The notes beneath the pieces were generated by a model that worked only from the letters and a program-made list of their open reading frames with translations, was not told the origin of the DNA and did not search any database. A stretch of 64,000 nt of DNA from Ruminiclostridium sp. (GTDB lineage: Bacteria; Bacillota; Clostridia; Acetivibrionales; DSM-1351). The position numbers and the translations under genes are program-made. Positions 20,965 through 32,033 of this stretch are shown here, piece after piece. The stretch covers positions 3,120 through 67,119 of the forward strand of contig DATCID010000151.1 of assembly GCA_036507975.1 (NCBI GenBank), given 5' to 3'. The stretch's first letter is position 1, and every line of letters starts with the position of its first letter.

Positions 20965-21480
20965 TTATTTATGATTCAAAGACAAAATACAGCCACAGTA
21001 CTTCTGGCGATATAGTTCCATCTCCTTAGCCATTTGCTGTCCTCGCCTAAAACCCGGTCTAAAATCCCTATATACAAAATCTATTCCATACTTACTTGCA
21101 TAAAGCTCACCAAGCTCTTTAATTAGATGATGGTTTTGATACGGACTAACTAGAAGTGTTGTAGTAAAAGCATCATAGCCATTTTCTGCCGCGTAGCTTG
21201 CTACCTTCTCAAGTCGTAAGCTGTAACACCTATGGCATCTTGCTTCTCCTATGTCCTTCATGCCTTCCCATTCATCCTGTCTAAATTCATCATCATATAT
21301 TACGGGAATCTTTGTGATGTAACGAAGCTTTTCAACACTCTCTTTCCTTCTAGCATGCTCCTCTATTGGATGAATGTTTGGATTGTAAAACAATCCCTGT
21401 ATTTCAAACTCCTCTTTCAAAAGCTCCTGTATTGGATATGTCGAACACGGGCCACAGCACATGTGTAATAACAGCTTCAT
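20965..21480 (-). CDS. queH: Epoxyqueuosine reductase QueH
   Basis: LLLHMCCGPCS, FYNPNIHP, RCHRCY, TTTLLVSPYQ and YRQKYCGC; start ATG 21480. Confidence 0.88.
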   Translation of the reverse strand: MKLLLHMCCGPCSTYPIQELLKEEFEIQGLFYNPNIHPIEEHARRKESVEKLRYITKIPVIYDDEFRQDEWEGMKDIGEARCHRCYSLRLEKVASYAAENGYDAFTTTLLVSPYQNHHLIKELGELYASKYGIDFVYRDFRPGFRRGQQMAKEMELYRQKYCGCILSLNHK

Positions 21481-21481
21481 T

Positions 21482-21570
21482 TTAACCTCCCTTGAGCCGC
21501 GCAGTAGCGGCCACAACTGTAATAAAATTTCTGTACTCCGTACGCCATAAGGCGAATATAATGAGGATAA
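21482..21570 (-). repeat. SD-carrying dispersed element, copy B (full length)
   Basis: Fills the whole ruvB-queH gap: TTATCCTC..TTCGCCTTATGGCG...GTGGCCGCTACTGCGCGGCTCAAGGGAGGTTAAA-ATG. Confidence 0.8.
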
Positions 21571-22569
21571 TCAGCTGGAAAACTCTATTCCAAAATGCTC
21601 ATAAGCATGCTTTGTCGCCATTCTACCTCTTGGTGTTTTATTAATAAATCCAAGCTGTATTAGAAATGGTTCATATACATCCTCTATAGTACCAGGATCT
21701 TCATTAATTGACGATGCGAGGGTATCGAGGCCCACAGGTCCACCATCAAATTTATTAATTATGCTCAATAGCATATTTCTATCCACGCTATCCAAACCAA
21801 TATCATCAACCTCAAGCGCATCCAGCGCGTGCTTTGCAACCTTCAAGTCTATTTTTCCAGTACCTATTACCTGTGCAAAATCACGTATTCTTTTCAGAAG
21901 TCTATTTGCAATTCTAGGTGTTCCTCTAGCCCTTCTTGCGATCTCATAAGCGCCATTTTCTTCAAGTTCTATATTCAGTATTCCTGCAGATCGTTTTACT
22001 ATTTGTTTTAATTCATCTGTTGTATACATCTCAAGCTTATTAATAACACCAAACCTATCTCTCAGAGGTGCAGTAAGCAGTCCAGCTCTTGTAGTTGCAC
22101 CTATGAGGGTAAACTTCGGAAGGTCAAGCCTTATAGAACGAGCGCTTGGTCCCTTACCTATAATTATGTCTAAAGCATAGTCCTCCATAGCAGGATACAA
22201 TATCTCTTCGACACTTCTGTTAAGACGATGAATTTCATCAATAAAAAGCACGTCATGAGTACCCAAATTTGTAAGTATCGCAGCTAAGTCTCCAGCTTTT
22301 TCAATAGCTGGACCAGATGTAATCCTAAGGTTTACACCCATTTCAGATGCAATAATGCTTGCCAAAGTAGTTTTTCCTAATCCCGGAGGTCCATATAACA
22401 GAACGTGATCCAAAGCTTCTTTTCTTCTTTTGGCGGCCTCAATAAATACTATCAGATTGTTCTTTGCCTTGGATTGCCCTATATACTCGTCAATTCTCTT
22501 AGGTCTTAAACTCATTTCATCCAAATCTTCGGACTGAGTCTCGCAGTTTATCATTCTTTCCTCTGTCAT
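21571..22569 (-). CDS. ruvB: Holliday junction branch migration helicase RuvB
   Basis: [20 protein letters not shown] and [11 protein letters not shown] motifs. Confidence 0.98.
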   Translation of the reverse strand: MTEERMINCETQSEDLDEMSLRPKRIDEYIGQSKAKNNLIVFIEAAKRRKEALDHVLLYGPPGLGKTTLASIIASEMGVNLRITSGPAIEKAGDLAAILTNLGTHDVLFIDEIHRLNRSVEEILYPAMEDYALDIIIGKGPSARSIRLDLPKFTLIGATTRAGLLTAPLRDRFGVINKLEMYTTDELKQIVKRSAGILNIELEENGAYEIARRARGTPRIANRLLKRIRDFAQVIGTGKIDLKVAKHALDALEVDDIGLDSVDRNMLLSIINKFDGGPVGLDTLASSINEDPGTIEDVYEPFLIQLGFINKTPRGRMATKHAYEHFGIEFSS

Positions 22570-22577
22570 TTTTCCTC

Positions 22578-23183
22578 CTACTTTGAAATTGTCTTTAGTG
22601 CCTTCATTATTATTTCTTCTACAACCATTCCCTCTTGATATACGTTAGTCACCGAATTAGACGCATCAAAAGAGTTATACCCCAACACCATTAGTGCGCT
22701 AACTGCCTCAGACAATGCAGAATCACTACCCATTACAACATTGTTAGAATTGCTTCCAAGATTCACAGACGTAAGCTGTTCTTTTGAAATCTTATCCTTT
22801 AGCTCTAAAATAATCCTTTGAGCCATCTTAGAGCCTATTCCCTGTGCCTTTGTCAGTGACTTAGTATCCTGTGAAACTATTGCAAGAGCAAATCTTGATG
22901 GAGAAAGTGCAGAAATCATTGATATGGCAGCCTTCGGTCCAACTCCAGATACTGTCAGAAGCATGTCAAACATCCCGAGCTCTTCCATTGTATAAAATCC
23001 ATAAAGAGCTACCAAATCTTCCCGTACATAGTAGTGAGTATACACTTTTACTTGTGTACCGATTTGTCCAATGCTATTTATGGTTGACAAGGCAGTATAA
23101 ATTCTATACCCGATACCACCTGCTTCAACAATAATACTGTCGTTTTTCTTAGCCTCTATCGTTCCCTTTATGTATGCAAACAT
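22578..23183 (-). CDS. ruvA: Holliday junction DNA-binding protein RuvA
   Basis: [18 protein letters not shown] and [17 protein letters not shown] motifs. Confidence 0.97.
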   Translation of the reverse strand: MFAYIKGTIEAKKNDSIIVEAGGIGYRIYTALSTINSIGQIGTQVKVYTHYYVREDLVALYGFYTMEELGMFDMLLTVSGVGPKAAISMISALSPSRFALAIVSQDTKSLTKAQGIGSKMAQRIILELKDKISKEQLTSVNLGSNSNNVVMGSDSALSEAVSALMVLGYNSFDASNSVTNVYQEGMVVEEIIMKALKTISK

Positions 23184-23267
23184 TTTTTATTCTCCAATGA
23201 AATGTATTATTGTTTGAGATACTATAAGTATCTGCAACACATTATGCGTTAATAATTTTAAAGCCAC

Positions 23268-23768
23268 CTAAAAAGTTTTATTTCCTAAAATAGCACCCAT
23301 CCTATGTGAGTTTCCGTGACAAATTGCAATAGCCAAAGCATCTGCTACATCATCAGGCTTTGGGATTGCACTGAGATTTAAGATAGCCTTTACCATTTGC
23401 TGTACCTGCGCTTTCTCTGCTCTGCCATATCCTACAACTGCCTGTTTTACCTGCAAAGGCGTGTACTCAAAGATATCAACTCCAGATTTTGCAGCCGCAA
23501 GCACTGCTACTCCTCTACCATGTCCAACGTTAAGTGCAGTTTTTATGTTTTTATTAAAAAACAATTCTTCTATAGATATAGCATCAGGTTTATTCTTTTC
23601 TATCAATTTCTCCAAATCATTATAAAGAACTAAAAGCCTTTGTGAAAGCTTCATTGATGCCACAGTAGTAATCGCGCCGTAATCCAAAACCGAAAATTTG
23701 TTCCCTTCATATTTTACAAAACCATAGCCGGTAATTGCAAATCCCGGGTCGATCCCCATTATTATCAC
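23268..23768 (-). CDS. ruvC: Holliday junction resolvase RuvC
   Basis: [20 protein letters not shown] and [13 protein letters not shown]; likely GTG start at 23768. Confidence 0.96.
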   Translation of the reverse strand: MIIMGIDPGFAITGYGFVKYEGNKFSVLDYGAITTVASMKLSQRLLVLYNDLEKLIEKNKPDAISIEELFFNKNIKTALNVGHGRGVAVLAAAKSGVDIFEYTPLQVKQAVVGYGRAEKAQVQQMVKAILNLSAIPKPDDVADALAIAICHGNSHRMGAILGNKTF

Positions 23769-23772
23769 TTGA

Positions 23773-23812
23773 TAAACCTCCACGAGCCGCATGACGGCCA
23801 CAAAATATAATG
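23773..23812 (-). repeat. SD-carrying dispersed element, copy C (3' half)
   Basis: TTTTGTGGCCGTCATGCGGCTCGTGGAGGTTT, 8 nt from GGAGG to the ruvC GTG. Confidence 0.7.
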
Positions 23813-23824
23813 CCAAATAGCATT

Positions 23825-23874
23825 ATGCATAATTATAGAATTATATTGCATATTTATGCACAATGTTATATAAT
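23825..23874 (+). promoter_or_regulatory. Tandem ARG boxes overlapping the argG SigA promoter
   Basis: ATGCATAATTATAGAAT and TTGCATATTTATGCAC; TTGCAT-N17-TATAAT. Confidence 0.65.
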
Positions 23875-24037
23875 ACCCCTAATAACTTAGTTATCATTAG
23901 TGCAGACTAATAAAATAATTGCTTTTCACTAATAACTTTGATATATAATATATTTTAGCATACTTTTAAGATGTTATTTTTTAAAATTTTTATATTATGT
24001 TTTGTGCTGAGGCTAATCAGCGGAAAGAGTGGTAAAT

Positions 24038-25252
24038 ATGAGTAAGGAAAAGGTTTTGTTGGCATATTCAGGCGGACTAGATACCTCAATAATTATTCCA
24101 TGGTTAATAGAAAACTATGACTACGAAGTAATTGCTATGGCTGGAGACGTTGGGCAAGGGGACGAGCTTGAGCCGTTACACGAGAAGGCAATTAAAACTG
24201 GTGCTTCTAAGCTTTATATAGAGGATTTAAAGGAAGAATTTATTACCGACTTTATATATCCTACTTTAAAAGCTGGCGCAATATATGAAGGAAAATATCT
24301 TTTAGGCACCTCCTTTGCTAGGCCTATAATAGCTAAAAGAATGGTTGAAATAGCTTTAAAAGAAGGCTGCACAGCTATTTGTCACGGAGCAACCGGAAAA
24401 GGAAATGATCAGGTAAGATTTGAATTAACAGTTAAGGCTTTGGCTCCTCAACTTAAAATAATCGCTCCTTGGAGAATTTGGGATCTCAAATCCAGAGAAG
24501 ATGCTATAGATTATGCTGAGCAAAGGAATATTCCTATTCCTGTAACAAAGAAGGATAATTATAGCATGGACAGAAACCTATGGCATATGAGCCACGAAGG
24601 TTCTGACTTGGAAGATCCTTGGAATGAACCACAATATGATAAAATATTAAAACTGATGGTTTCTCCTGAGAAAGCTCCTGATGTACCAACTTATGTTGAA
24701 GTTTATTTTGAAAAGGGTATTCCAACGAAGGTTAATGGTGTTCCATACAGTCCAATAGATCTGATGGACCTGCTCAACAAGGTTGCTGGTGAAAATGGCG
24801 TTGGTATTATTGACATGGTTGAAAACAGGCTTGTTGGTATGAAGTCCAGAGGTGTATATGAAACTCCCGGTGGAACAATTCTCTATGCTGCTCACAGAGA
24901 ATTGGAATTACTCTGTTTGGATAGAGACACACTACACTACAAGGATATTGTTGCTCAGAGATTTGCTGAGTTGGTATACTTCGGTCAATGGTATACTCCT
25001 CTTCGTGAATCCTTATCAGCATTTGTTGATAAAACTCAGGAAACAGTTACAGGTACAGTTAGATTGAAACTCTACAAAGGGAACTGCATGCCTGCTGGTG
25101 CTAAGTCTGAATATTCTCTATACAGTGAAGCTATTGCTACCTTTAATAAGGACGAAGTTTATAATCAAAAGGATGCTGAAGGCTTCATTAATCTCTTTGG
25201 TCTTCCACTAAAGGTTAGAGCACAAATGATGATGGGCAAGGATATTAAATAA
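24038..25252 (+). CDS. argG: Argininosuccinate synthase
   Basis: [23 protein letters not shown] and [18 protein letters not shown] motifs. Confidence 0.98.
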   Translation: MSKEKVLLAYSGGLDTSIIIPWLIENYDYEVIAMAGDVGQGDELEPLHEKAIKTGASKLYIEDLKEEFITDFIYPTLKAGAIYEGKYLLGTSFARPIIAKRMVEIALKEGCTAICHGATGKGNDQVRFELTVKALAPQLKIIAPWRIWDLKSREDAIDYAEQRNIPIPVTKKDNYSMDRNLWHMSHEGSDLEDPWNEPQYDKILKLMVSPEKAPDVPTYVEVYFEKGIPTKVNGVPYSPIDLMDLLNKVAGENGVGIIDMVENRLVGMKSRGVYETPGGTILYAAHRELELLCLDRDTLHYKDIVAQRFAELVYFGQWYTPLRESLSAFVDKTQETVTGTVRLKLYKGNCMPAGAKSEYSLYSEAIATFNKDEVYNQKDAEGFINLFGLPLKVRAQMMMGKDIK

Positions 25253-25296
25253 TTATCATTTATTGGGACAATCCAAAATGGGCTGTCCCTTTATTG

Positions 25297-25380
25297 ATAA
25301 CCTCCTTTATTCGCCTTATAGCAATGAAGGATGGTAGTTATATCAAATTTTGTGGTCGCTATGCGGCTCATGGAGGTTAT
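25297..25380 (+). repeat. SD-carrying dispersed element, copy D (full length)
   Basis: ATAACCTCCTTTATTCGCCTTATAGCAATGAAG...TTTTGTGGTCGCTATGCGGCTCATGGAGGTTAT, then the argH ATG. Confidence 0.82.
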
Positions 25381-25384
25381 AATT

Positions 25385-26764
25385 ATGAAACTTTGGGGCG
25401 GTAGATTCGAAAAAGGAACAGACAAGTTGGTGGATGATTTTAACTCCTCTATCAGATTTGACCGTAGAATGTATAAGCACGATATATTGGGAAGCATTGC
25501 TCATGCTAATATGTTGGGAAAGTGTGAGATCATTTCCCCTTCGGAAAGTGACCTTATTCAGAGCACCCTAAAAGAAATTTTAAACGATATTGAAGCTGGA
25601 AAAATAGAGTTTGAGATTGATGCGGAAGATATTCATATGAATATTGAGAAAATTCTTATCTCTAGAACTGGAGATACAGGAAAGAAACTGCATACTGGAA
25701 GAAGTAGAAATGACCAGGTTGCACTTGATATTAGAATGTATCTTAAGGATGAAATTTCAGCTATAGGTGGAATGATAATTTCTTTCATAGATACACTCAT
25801 CAAAATTTCAGAAGAGAATATAGATACCATTTTACCTGGATATACCCATTTACAGAGAGCTCAGCCTATAACCTTTGCCCATCATATGATGGCCTATTTT
25901 GAAATGTTTAAGCGTGATTTCGGGAGATTAAGTGATTGTTATTCCAGAATGAATATACTCCCGCTTGGTTCAGGTGCTTTGGCTGGAACTACTTATCCTC
26001 TTGACAGATATATGGTTGCCAAGGAGCTTGGCTTTGATGATATAACTCAAAACAGTCTTGATGGTGTAAGCGATAGGGATTTTGTCATAGAGCTGGCATC
26101 TTGTCTGTCTATTGTGATGATGCATTTAAGCAGGCTGAGTGAAGAGATAATATTATGGTCATCACATGAATTCGGATTTGTTGAGCTTGATGATGCTTAC
26201 AGCACAGGCAGCAGCATTATGCCTCAAAAGAAAAATCCAGATGTGGCTGAGCTCGTGCGAGGTAAAACAGGCCGTGTTTATGGTAGCTTGATGACATTAT
26301 TGTCCATTATGAAATCACTTCCTTTGGCATATAACAAAGATATGCAAGAGGACAAGGAAGCAATATTTGATGCTGTCGATACAGTTAAAATGTGCTTGCC
26401 GGTATTTTCAAAAATGCTTGCTACTATGAAGCTTCGAAAAGCTAATATGTATAAGGCAGCTCAGGGTGGTTTTACAAACGCTACTGATATTGCTGATTAT
26501 CTTGTGAAAAAGGGAATTCCTTTTAGAAGTGCGCATGAAATCATTGGGAAAATGGTGCTGTACTGTATTGAGAACAACAAGGCTATTGATGCTATGAGCA
26601 TGAATGAGTTCAAAAGCTTTTCTGATAAAATCGAGGAAGATGTATATTCTGAAATCAGCCTTGAAAAGTGTATTTCAGGCAGAAAACTTCCCGGAGGCCC
26701 ATCTCATGAAACTGAGCAAAAGGCAATTGATAATGCAAAAGCATATATTAGTTCTATTAGGTGA
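25385..26764 (+). CDS. argH: Argininosuccinate lyase
   Basis: [27 protein letters not shown] and [12 protein letters not shown]; start ATG 25385. Confidence 0.98.
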   Translation: MKLWGGRFEKGTDKLVDDFNSSIRFDRRMYKHDILGSIAHANMLGKCEIISPSESDLIQSTLKEILNDIEAGKIEFEIDAEDIHMNIEKILISRTGDTGKKLHTGRSRNDQVALDIRMYLKDEISAIGGMIISFIDTLIKISEENIDTILPGYTHLQRAQPITFAHHMMAYFEMFKRDFGRLSDCYSRMNILPLGSGALAGTTYPLDRYMVAKELGFDDITQNSLDGVSDRDFVIELASCLSIVMMHLSRLSEEIILWSSHEFGFVELDDAYSTGSSIMPQKKNPDVAELVRGKTGRVYGSLMTLLSIMKSLPLAYNKDMQEDKEAIFDAVDTVKMCLPVFSKMLATMKLRKANMYKAAQGGFTNATDIADYLVKKGIPFRSAHEIIGKMVLYCIENNKAIDAMSMNEFKSFSDKIEEDVYSEISLEKCISGRKLPGGPSHETEQKAIDNAKAYISSIR

Positions 26765-26807
26765 TTTTATAGAATTAACATTACTGTTTTCACAAATAAA
26801 ACTAAAT

Positions 26808-26846
26808 AAAGAGAAAGTGAGTTTATTTAAACTCACTTTCTCTTTT
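26808..26846. terminator. Bidirectional terminator after argH
   Basis: AAAGAGAAAGTGAGTTT-ATTT-AAACTCACTTTCTCTTT. Confidence 0.75.
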
Positions 26847-26887
26847 ACGTGCGAGTCCGTTTCAAACTAATCGTTTAATGCTATTAA

Positions 26888-27005
26888 TAAAGAAGACTTA
26901 GTTCAGATGAAGTTTTCTGAACTCTAGTCGCACTTATTTCGAAGCTTGGTGGCACTTACCTCCCGCGTATCTCAGCGGGAGGTTCGTAACACCGCTGAGA
27001 TAAAT
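26888..27005 (+). repeat. Family-2 palindromic element, copy 3
   Basis: TAAAGAAGACTTAGTTCAGA..TCTGAACT..ACTTATTTCGAAGCTTGG..CCTCCCGC..GCGGGAGG..CGCTGAGATAAAT. Confidence 0.75.
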
Positions 27006-27154
27006 ATACTAAGTGATATGTTTTCAGGATTGATTTCCATATTTATACCTGATAGTATCACTCCTCTTTTACCTAGCTGGATTTCTATTTCTCTCTTTAT
27101 ATTTTCCAGCACTTCCCTATCCTTAATGACTGCTGTATTATGCGTCCTAAACAT
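26972..27154 (-). CDS. Small hypothetical protein; its 3' end lies inside the repeat
   Basis: GGAGG 6 nt before the ATG; follows the 103-aa ORF on the same strand. Confidence 0.55.
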   Translation of the reverse strand: MFRTHNTAVIKDREVLENIKREIEIQLGKRGVILSGINMEINPENISLSIFISAVLRTSR

Positions 27155-27183
27155 TACAGTCCTCCGATTTATACGTTATGCAT

Positions 27184-27495
27184 TCAATTCATCTTGGCCT
27201 TTTTTTCTAGTGCCTTACCCAAGCTGAACCAAGAGTCCCTCAGTTTGAATCTCATTTCCTCATCTAAAGTCCTTTCAATGATATCGTTTAAACTCTTCCT
27301 AGCTTGGATGTAATCCCTGATATTAAATTCATCCTTCTCGAAGATCACCTCTATCTGAGTTATCCACTCCTTAAGATGATCGCTTCCAACATATTCAGCT
27401 GTAATTTTCTTCTTTATGTGAGCAACAACCTGTTTAATTGCCTTTCGTTTTGCATCGGTATCCGTTTGCATCTTTTTAATTTGTTTCTGAATCAT
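27184..27495 (-). CDS. Hypothetical helical protein
   Basis: 103-aa ORF with SD GGAGAGG and typical composition. Confidence 0.7.
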   Translation of the reverse strand: MIQKQIKKMQTDTDAKRKAIKQVVAHIKKKITAEYVGSDHLKEWITQIEVIFEKDEFNIRDYIQARKSLNDIIERTLDEEMRFKLRDSWFSLGKALEKKAKMN

Positions 27496-27727
27496 GATTT
27501 TTTAACCTCTCCTTTTATTTTTAATACAAACTAAACGAATGCTATTATCCATATATTTACATTGATTATACTATATTGCCTTCCTTTTTGCAAACATCAT
27601 ATGTCAATCAAATACTAATTTACCTAGAAGTCCAAAGAAATAGGCTACTCTAAAATTTTATTTTAAAGTAGCCTGTTTTATACATAAATCAATTAAAAAT
27701 TGTTAAATTAAGAATTAGAAACCAATA

Positions 27728-28867
27728 TTAATATGTTATTAACTGTTTCCCGTTTAACTTTGCCATATCAATTTTTTGCTGTTTTAACTGTGGTACTGTA
27801 ACTATATCGGCATTACCATCACTCACAAACTGAGACTCACCTTTGCTCAGTGCGTCCAGCCACCATGAAAGATCACACTCCACCTTATTCATACCTGTAG
27901 ACCTCACTCTAGGAAGCGCTAGAGGTTTAAACCCGATCGTAACAGGTGAAGGTGCAGGATTCGCGCCAACTAATAATATTGCTGCGTGTTTATAATCTGT
28001 TCCTTCATAATTTCCTTGAATAACATATTCCTCTAAATTTTTTGATGCATTTCCAAAAGGAAGTGAAAATGAATTAAACATGTATCCTGGAACAAATTCA
28101 TTCATCAGCTTTTGGTTTCCTCCAACCTCTTCAAGCATCTTTTGAGATGTCTTCACATCTGGTAAAAACACATGCTCCTTAGTATGATTACCAATTTCAA
28201 AACCCTTACCAATAAGATAGCTTAGCCTATCTGATATAGTTCCAGCCCCGTTGAAAGTAGTCTTTAGTCCCAGATTAACATAGAAGGTACTATTCAAACC
28301 AAAATCGGGGTGTTTTTCAAAAAAAGCCTCCATTATTCCAACAGCAGACCTAGGATTTGCCATAAGCTTACCACCCTGCTCAGTTAGGTTGAATTGCCCT
28401 GCAGTACCATCGTCAAAAGTAAATACCATAGGAATACAGCCTGCTGGTACATCAATATTATTATTCAACATATTTGTTAGACTTATCAGCCTATAATTCT
28501 TTTCATATAGCTCAGGTAATAGCTTTTCAAAATCTGAGAATGTAGTGGTATATTCATTCTTTCCCTTAGGATATGTTTCAACAAAGTTATGAAACATGAC
28601 AACCATTATCTGTCCGCTCTCATCTGGCTTAACCTTACTGTAATCAATAACAGCAACTTCAGGCTTTTGCGAATTCTCAGCTACTTCAGTATTTTTACTA
28701 GTATCAGTACTCTCACTACTAATTTCTGTAGTTTCAGATTGATTTGTGACTTCACTCAAATTACTGTTAGTGCTCTGAGTTATTTCTTTGTTTAAATATA
28801 CATTATTTGTACATCCTGATATTAAAATTATTGTCAAAATTAGTAACAATGCCGAATATTTTTTCAT
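27728..28867 (-). CDS. Polysaccharide deacetylase-family lipoprotein
   Basis: Lipobox ISGC; MFH, TFDDG, EIGNHT..H and LPFG motifs. Confidence 0.82.
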   Translation of the reverse strand: MKKYSALLLILTIILISGCTNNVYLNKEITQSTNSNLSEVTNQSETTEISSESTDTSKNTEVAENSQKPEVAVIDYSKVKPDESGQIMVVMFHNFVETYPKGKNEYTTTFSDFEKLLPELYEKNYRLISLTNMLNNNIDVPAGCIPMVFTFDDGTAGQFNLTEQGGKLMANPRSAVGIMEAFFEKHPDFGLNSTFYVNLGLKTTFNGAGTISDRLSYLIGKGFEIGNHTKEHVFLPDVKTSQKMLEEVGGNQKLMNEFVPGYMFNSFSLPFGNASKNLEEYVIQGNYEGTDYKHAAILLVGANPAPSPVTIGFKPLALPRVRSTGMNKVECDLSWWLDALSKGESQFVSDGNADIVTVPQLKQQKIDMAKLNGKQLITY

Positions 28868-28989
28868 TTTCCCATCTCCAAAGTTTATTATCATTTGTTA
28901 ATCATAATCTAATAAAACTATTTTAATCAAATTCTCTTGAAACTATTTGCTATATCTTTCTAATCTTAAATTGCAATAGATACATATTA

Positions 28990-29277
28990 TTAGCTTTCAT
29001 AATCAATTGCGACAGATAACTCCATCACAGCATGCATATGTTCCGAAACTTTAACATGAACAGGATGAACTTTATATGACTGCATATCCGCTAATGAATC
29101 AAATTTCGTGTATAACCCAACATCATAAGATCTCTCAGAATGTAATATATCAGTTCCAACTTCTATAAATTTCAAAAAAGGAACTTTCCCTTTTAAGCCC
29201 TGTAGTACCTCTTTTGTTTTTTGAATATTCTCTTCACTTTTGTCCTTCAACTTAAATAATACAATATGTGTAAGCAT
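28990..29277 (-). CDS. Dabb (stress-responsive alpha/beta barrel) protein
   Basis: HIVLFKLK...Y..HP.H...DY pattern. Confidence 0.88.
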   Translation of the reverse strand: MLTHIVLFKLKDKSEENIQKTKEVLQGLKGKVPFLKFIEVGTDILHSERSYDVGLYTKFDSLADMQSYKVHPVHVKVSEHMHAVMELSVAIDYES

Positions 29278-29569
29278 TTAGTAATCCTCCGATATGATAT
29301 TTTAGATTTAGTTATTCCTTTACTTAATTTTAACTTCGTTATGAGTTATAGTCAAATACAAATAATTGTTATTTGCATAATTGTGTCGAATAAAGTATTA
29401 AAATCAATAATTCTACAATTAATGATTTAATATGATAAATTGTAAAAACAACTGTTGAATTTTCTGTTTTTATATTGTATAATTATTCAATAATATGTGT
29501 ATTAATTCAAAAATAAATTCATATTTTAATTTAGCTTATTTCTGTTTTTTTGATAAATCCCTATTATTT

Positions 29570-29603
29570 AGGGGACTGACAAATCGTCAGTCCCCTCTTT
29601 TTT
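29570..29603. terminator. Hairpin terminator
   Basis: AGGGGACTGAC-AAATC-GTCAGTCCCCT. Confidence 0.65.
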
Positions 29604-29619
29604 CCCTGAGTTATTAACT

Positions 29620-31812
29620 CTATTTATTGCTGAGATAGCTATAAATACTCAAGAGACCCTGTAACCTCGTTATTTTGTTCTTTGGCATAAAGTATCCGTT
29701 ACTACCATTCATTGCTTTTAAACCTGAAGCCAAGCAAACATAACCTATTAGATCAGGATTTATTTTATTAGTATCCTTAAAATCGGATTTGTATATACCC
29801 TTTATTTCAGCAATTTGTCCAAACCTAAGGAATTTCACAAAATACCTTGCTGCTGCTTCTCTCGTTAAGGTTGACAATGGTGCCTTTTCAGCCTTGGTAA
29901 TAATGCCTTGGCTTATCAAGTTATTGTACATCAGTTCTATAGCCTTATCGTTATCTAAGTTTTGATCTAAATAATATAGATCATTTAATCTACTCAATAA
30001 TAAGAAATAATCTTTTTCAAGTAATTCTTCATTAGGCTTTAGTTCGTCCTCGGTGTATTTTATAGAAAGCTGAGTAAGAATCTTTATTTGATTTTCTGCC
30101 TTTAACCCCTTAATGTCTGTGTAATCAGTAACAATACTATCTTTGTATACAACTCCCGAGGAATTCAGAATGTCACCTGTTGTAGCACTAATTATGCTAG
30201 GTTTAGTACTATCTACAAAATAACCCAAAATAGCTTTACTAGAATCAACTTGCGTTGGCATTATTTTTCCCATGGCGATGTCGGCATTGTCGCTTATATA
30301 TTCGATATCATAGCCGATTTTGCTAAATAGCACTTCATTAGCTTTTTCAATAGATATTGTTTTCTTAGGATCATCAAATTTTAGATCCTTAGTCCAATTA
30401 CCATTCATGCTAATAACATTTCCAGAAAGGTTATCATAGGAAATAGTTATATAATCACTTGGGCATTCTAATTCATTTTCCATTCTAACATATTTAAATG
30501 AAAATTGGCTTTGTGTTTTATCATCATAAGTATAATAGGTATCATCAAATTTTACTTTAGAAAAATTACTTGGAATCAGAACTTTAAGTACAGAATCACA
30601 GATAGCTTTAGCCTCAACTTTAGTTTTCTGTGGCTTTGTGCCTTCTGGTGAAAAATAATATGAGTAGAAATCCTTAATATCACCAGTTTTTGCATCAACT
30701 GAGACTTGAACATCCCTTGTTTGTTTTGTATCTTTATTAATTACTTTTGTATAAGTCAAAGACCATATCAGCGAATCAATGTTTCTCCAGTCTTTGCTAA
30801 GGTACGCATTTGATAAGTTAAATTCGCCGTCTAAATTCAATAAGCTAATAGAACGTACTTTTTTATCGGCATCTTCTTTTGATATTAGATTGGAAATACC
30901 TTTTACAGCTTCAATTTCATCAGGTGTTAAGACAATATTTGCACTCTCACCAGCTGCTAACATTACCTTTTCCTTTTGATCCATCGAAGATGAAGCGTTA
31001 TATATACCGTAATTATTATTTATGATTTCTACTTCACCAGTAAGTGCATCTATGTACTTACTAGAATCTTTTGGTATATATGCTAAATATGTGACTGACT
31101 TTTCATTTTCAGTCTTTACATTGTATACCATTTTAAGTCCAAGCTTTTCAATAAATGCTTTTTTTGCTTGTTCTAAGCTAATAATTTTTGATGCATCTTC
31201 AAAAATTGTATTCTTGGAGTAACCGCAATTATAATTAGTTACCTCACCAGTATAGTTATTTACATTAACACTGATATTGTTCATATTATAATTAATACCA
31301 TTTACTTGTCTTACGTAATTAAAATAGTATTCTCTGTCAGAGGTATTCTGATTGTTATCAACAAGCTTGTATTGTGGCAAAAGCTTTTCGTCAAGATTAT
31401 TAATAAACTTTTCTGCAATTACTTGCCCTTGCTCTTTTGAGTATTTAGGTATTTTTTTCTCAGATGCTGTGTACTGGTATGAAGAATAATTTGTAATCAA
31501 ATTATTTTCATCGATAGTTACATTAATATACTTCTGTATTTCCTCATTGCTCCATCCCAAATTCCATGCACTTGATCCATTTTGGTTGTAAATGTTGTAA
31601 GTAAACTTGTTGCAATCCTCTGGTATTCCTATTTTCTCCTTCACAGCTTTAATGGCATTTTCTAGCCCCTTATCAGCTGGAATAGAACTACTTACACTTG
31701 CGCTTGTAGTTGATGAATCTAAAGTACCTGTACTTGCCATAACCGGTGTCATAAATGTGATCATCATCGCGGTTGCAAGCACCATTGAAATAATTTTTTT
31801 CAATCCAATCAC
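29620..31812 (-). CDS. Secreted YcdB/YcdC (PepSY-like) repeat protein with C-terminal SLH-like domains
   Basis: Signal peptide; repeated IDALTGE/VDAKTGD motifs; C-terminal FKD...GYF.PKNKITR. Confidence 0.7.
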   Translation of the reverse strand: MIGLKKIISMVLATAMMITFMTPVMASTGTLDSSTTSASVSSSIPADKGLENAIKAVKEKIGIPEDCNKFTYNIYNQNGSSAWNLGWSNEEIQKYINVTIDENNLITNYSSYQYTASEKKIPKYSKEQGQVIAEKFINNLDEKLLPQYKLVDNNQNTSDREYYFNYVRQVNGINYNMNNISVNVNNYTGEVTNYNCGYSKNTIFEDASKIISLEQAKKAFIEKLGLKMVYNVKTENEKSVTYLAYIPKDSSKYIDALTGEVEIINNNYGIYNASSSMDQKEKVMLAAGESANIVLTPDEIEAVKGISNLISKEDADKKVRSISLLNLDGEFNLSNAYLSKDWRNIDSLIWSLTYTKVINKDTKQTRDVQVSVDAKTGDIKDFYSYYFSPEGTKPQKTKVEAKAICDSVLKVLIPSNFSKVKFDDTYYTYDDKTQSQFSFKYVRMENELECPSDYITISYDNLSGNVISMNGNWTKDLKFDDPKKTISIEKANEVLFSKIGYDIEYISDNADIAMGKIMPTQVDSSKAILGYFVDSTKPSIISATTGDILNSSGVVYKDSIVTDYTDIKGLKAENQIKILTQLSIKYTEDELKPNEELLEKDYFLLLSRLNDLYYLDQNLDNDKAIELMYNNLISQGIITKAEKAPLSTLTREAAARYFVKFLRFGQIAEIKGIYKSDFKDTNKINPDLIGYVCLASGLKAMNGSNGYFMPKNKITRLQGLLSIYSYLSNK

Positions 31813-31865
31813 TCCTCGTTTTTTATTAACTCACTAAAATTAGTAAATCTTACCAATATAGAATA

Positions 31866-31893
31866 TAGACGTTGCTTCCATACTATATGTTCC
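31866..31893 (-). promoter_or_regulatory. Candidate ECF-sigma promoter
   Basis: GGAACA-N16-CGTCTA upstream of the envelope protein gene. Confidence 0.4.
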
Positions 31894-32033
31894 ATATTTT
31901 ATAATTATTTTTCATTAATTTTTTAACTTTATATTTCTTGAAGTTAGAAAATTGTTGTACATTTAAAAAGCAGCCTATAAATTAATAATAAGCTGCTTTT
32001 TAATAATGAAATATATTTAATATTGCCTGTCAG

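Noticed and set aside
25291-25497. ORFs 25291-25497(-) and 37251-37496(+) share the peptide [10 protein letters not shown]
   Set aside because: The match comes from translating the non-coding SD element, not from a protein family.
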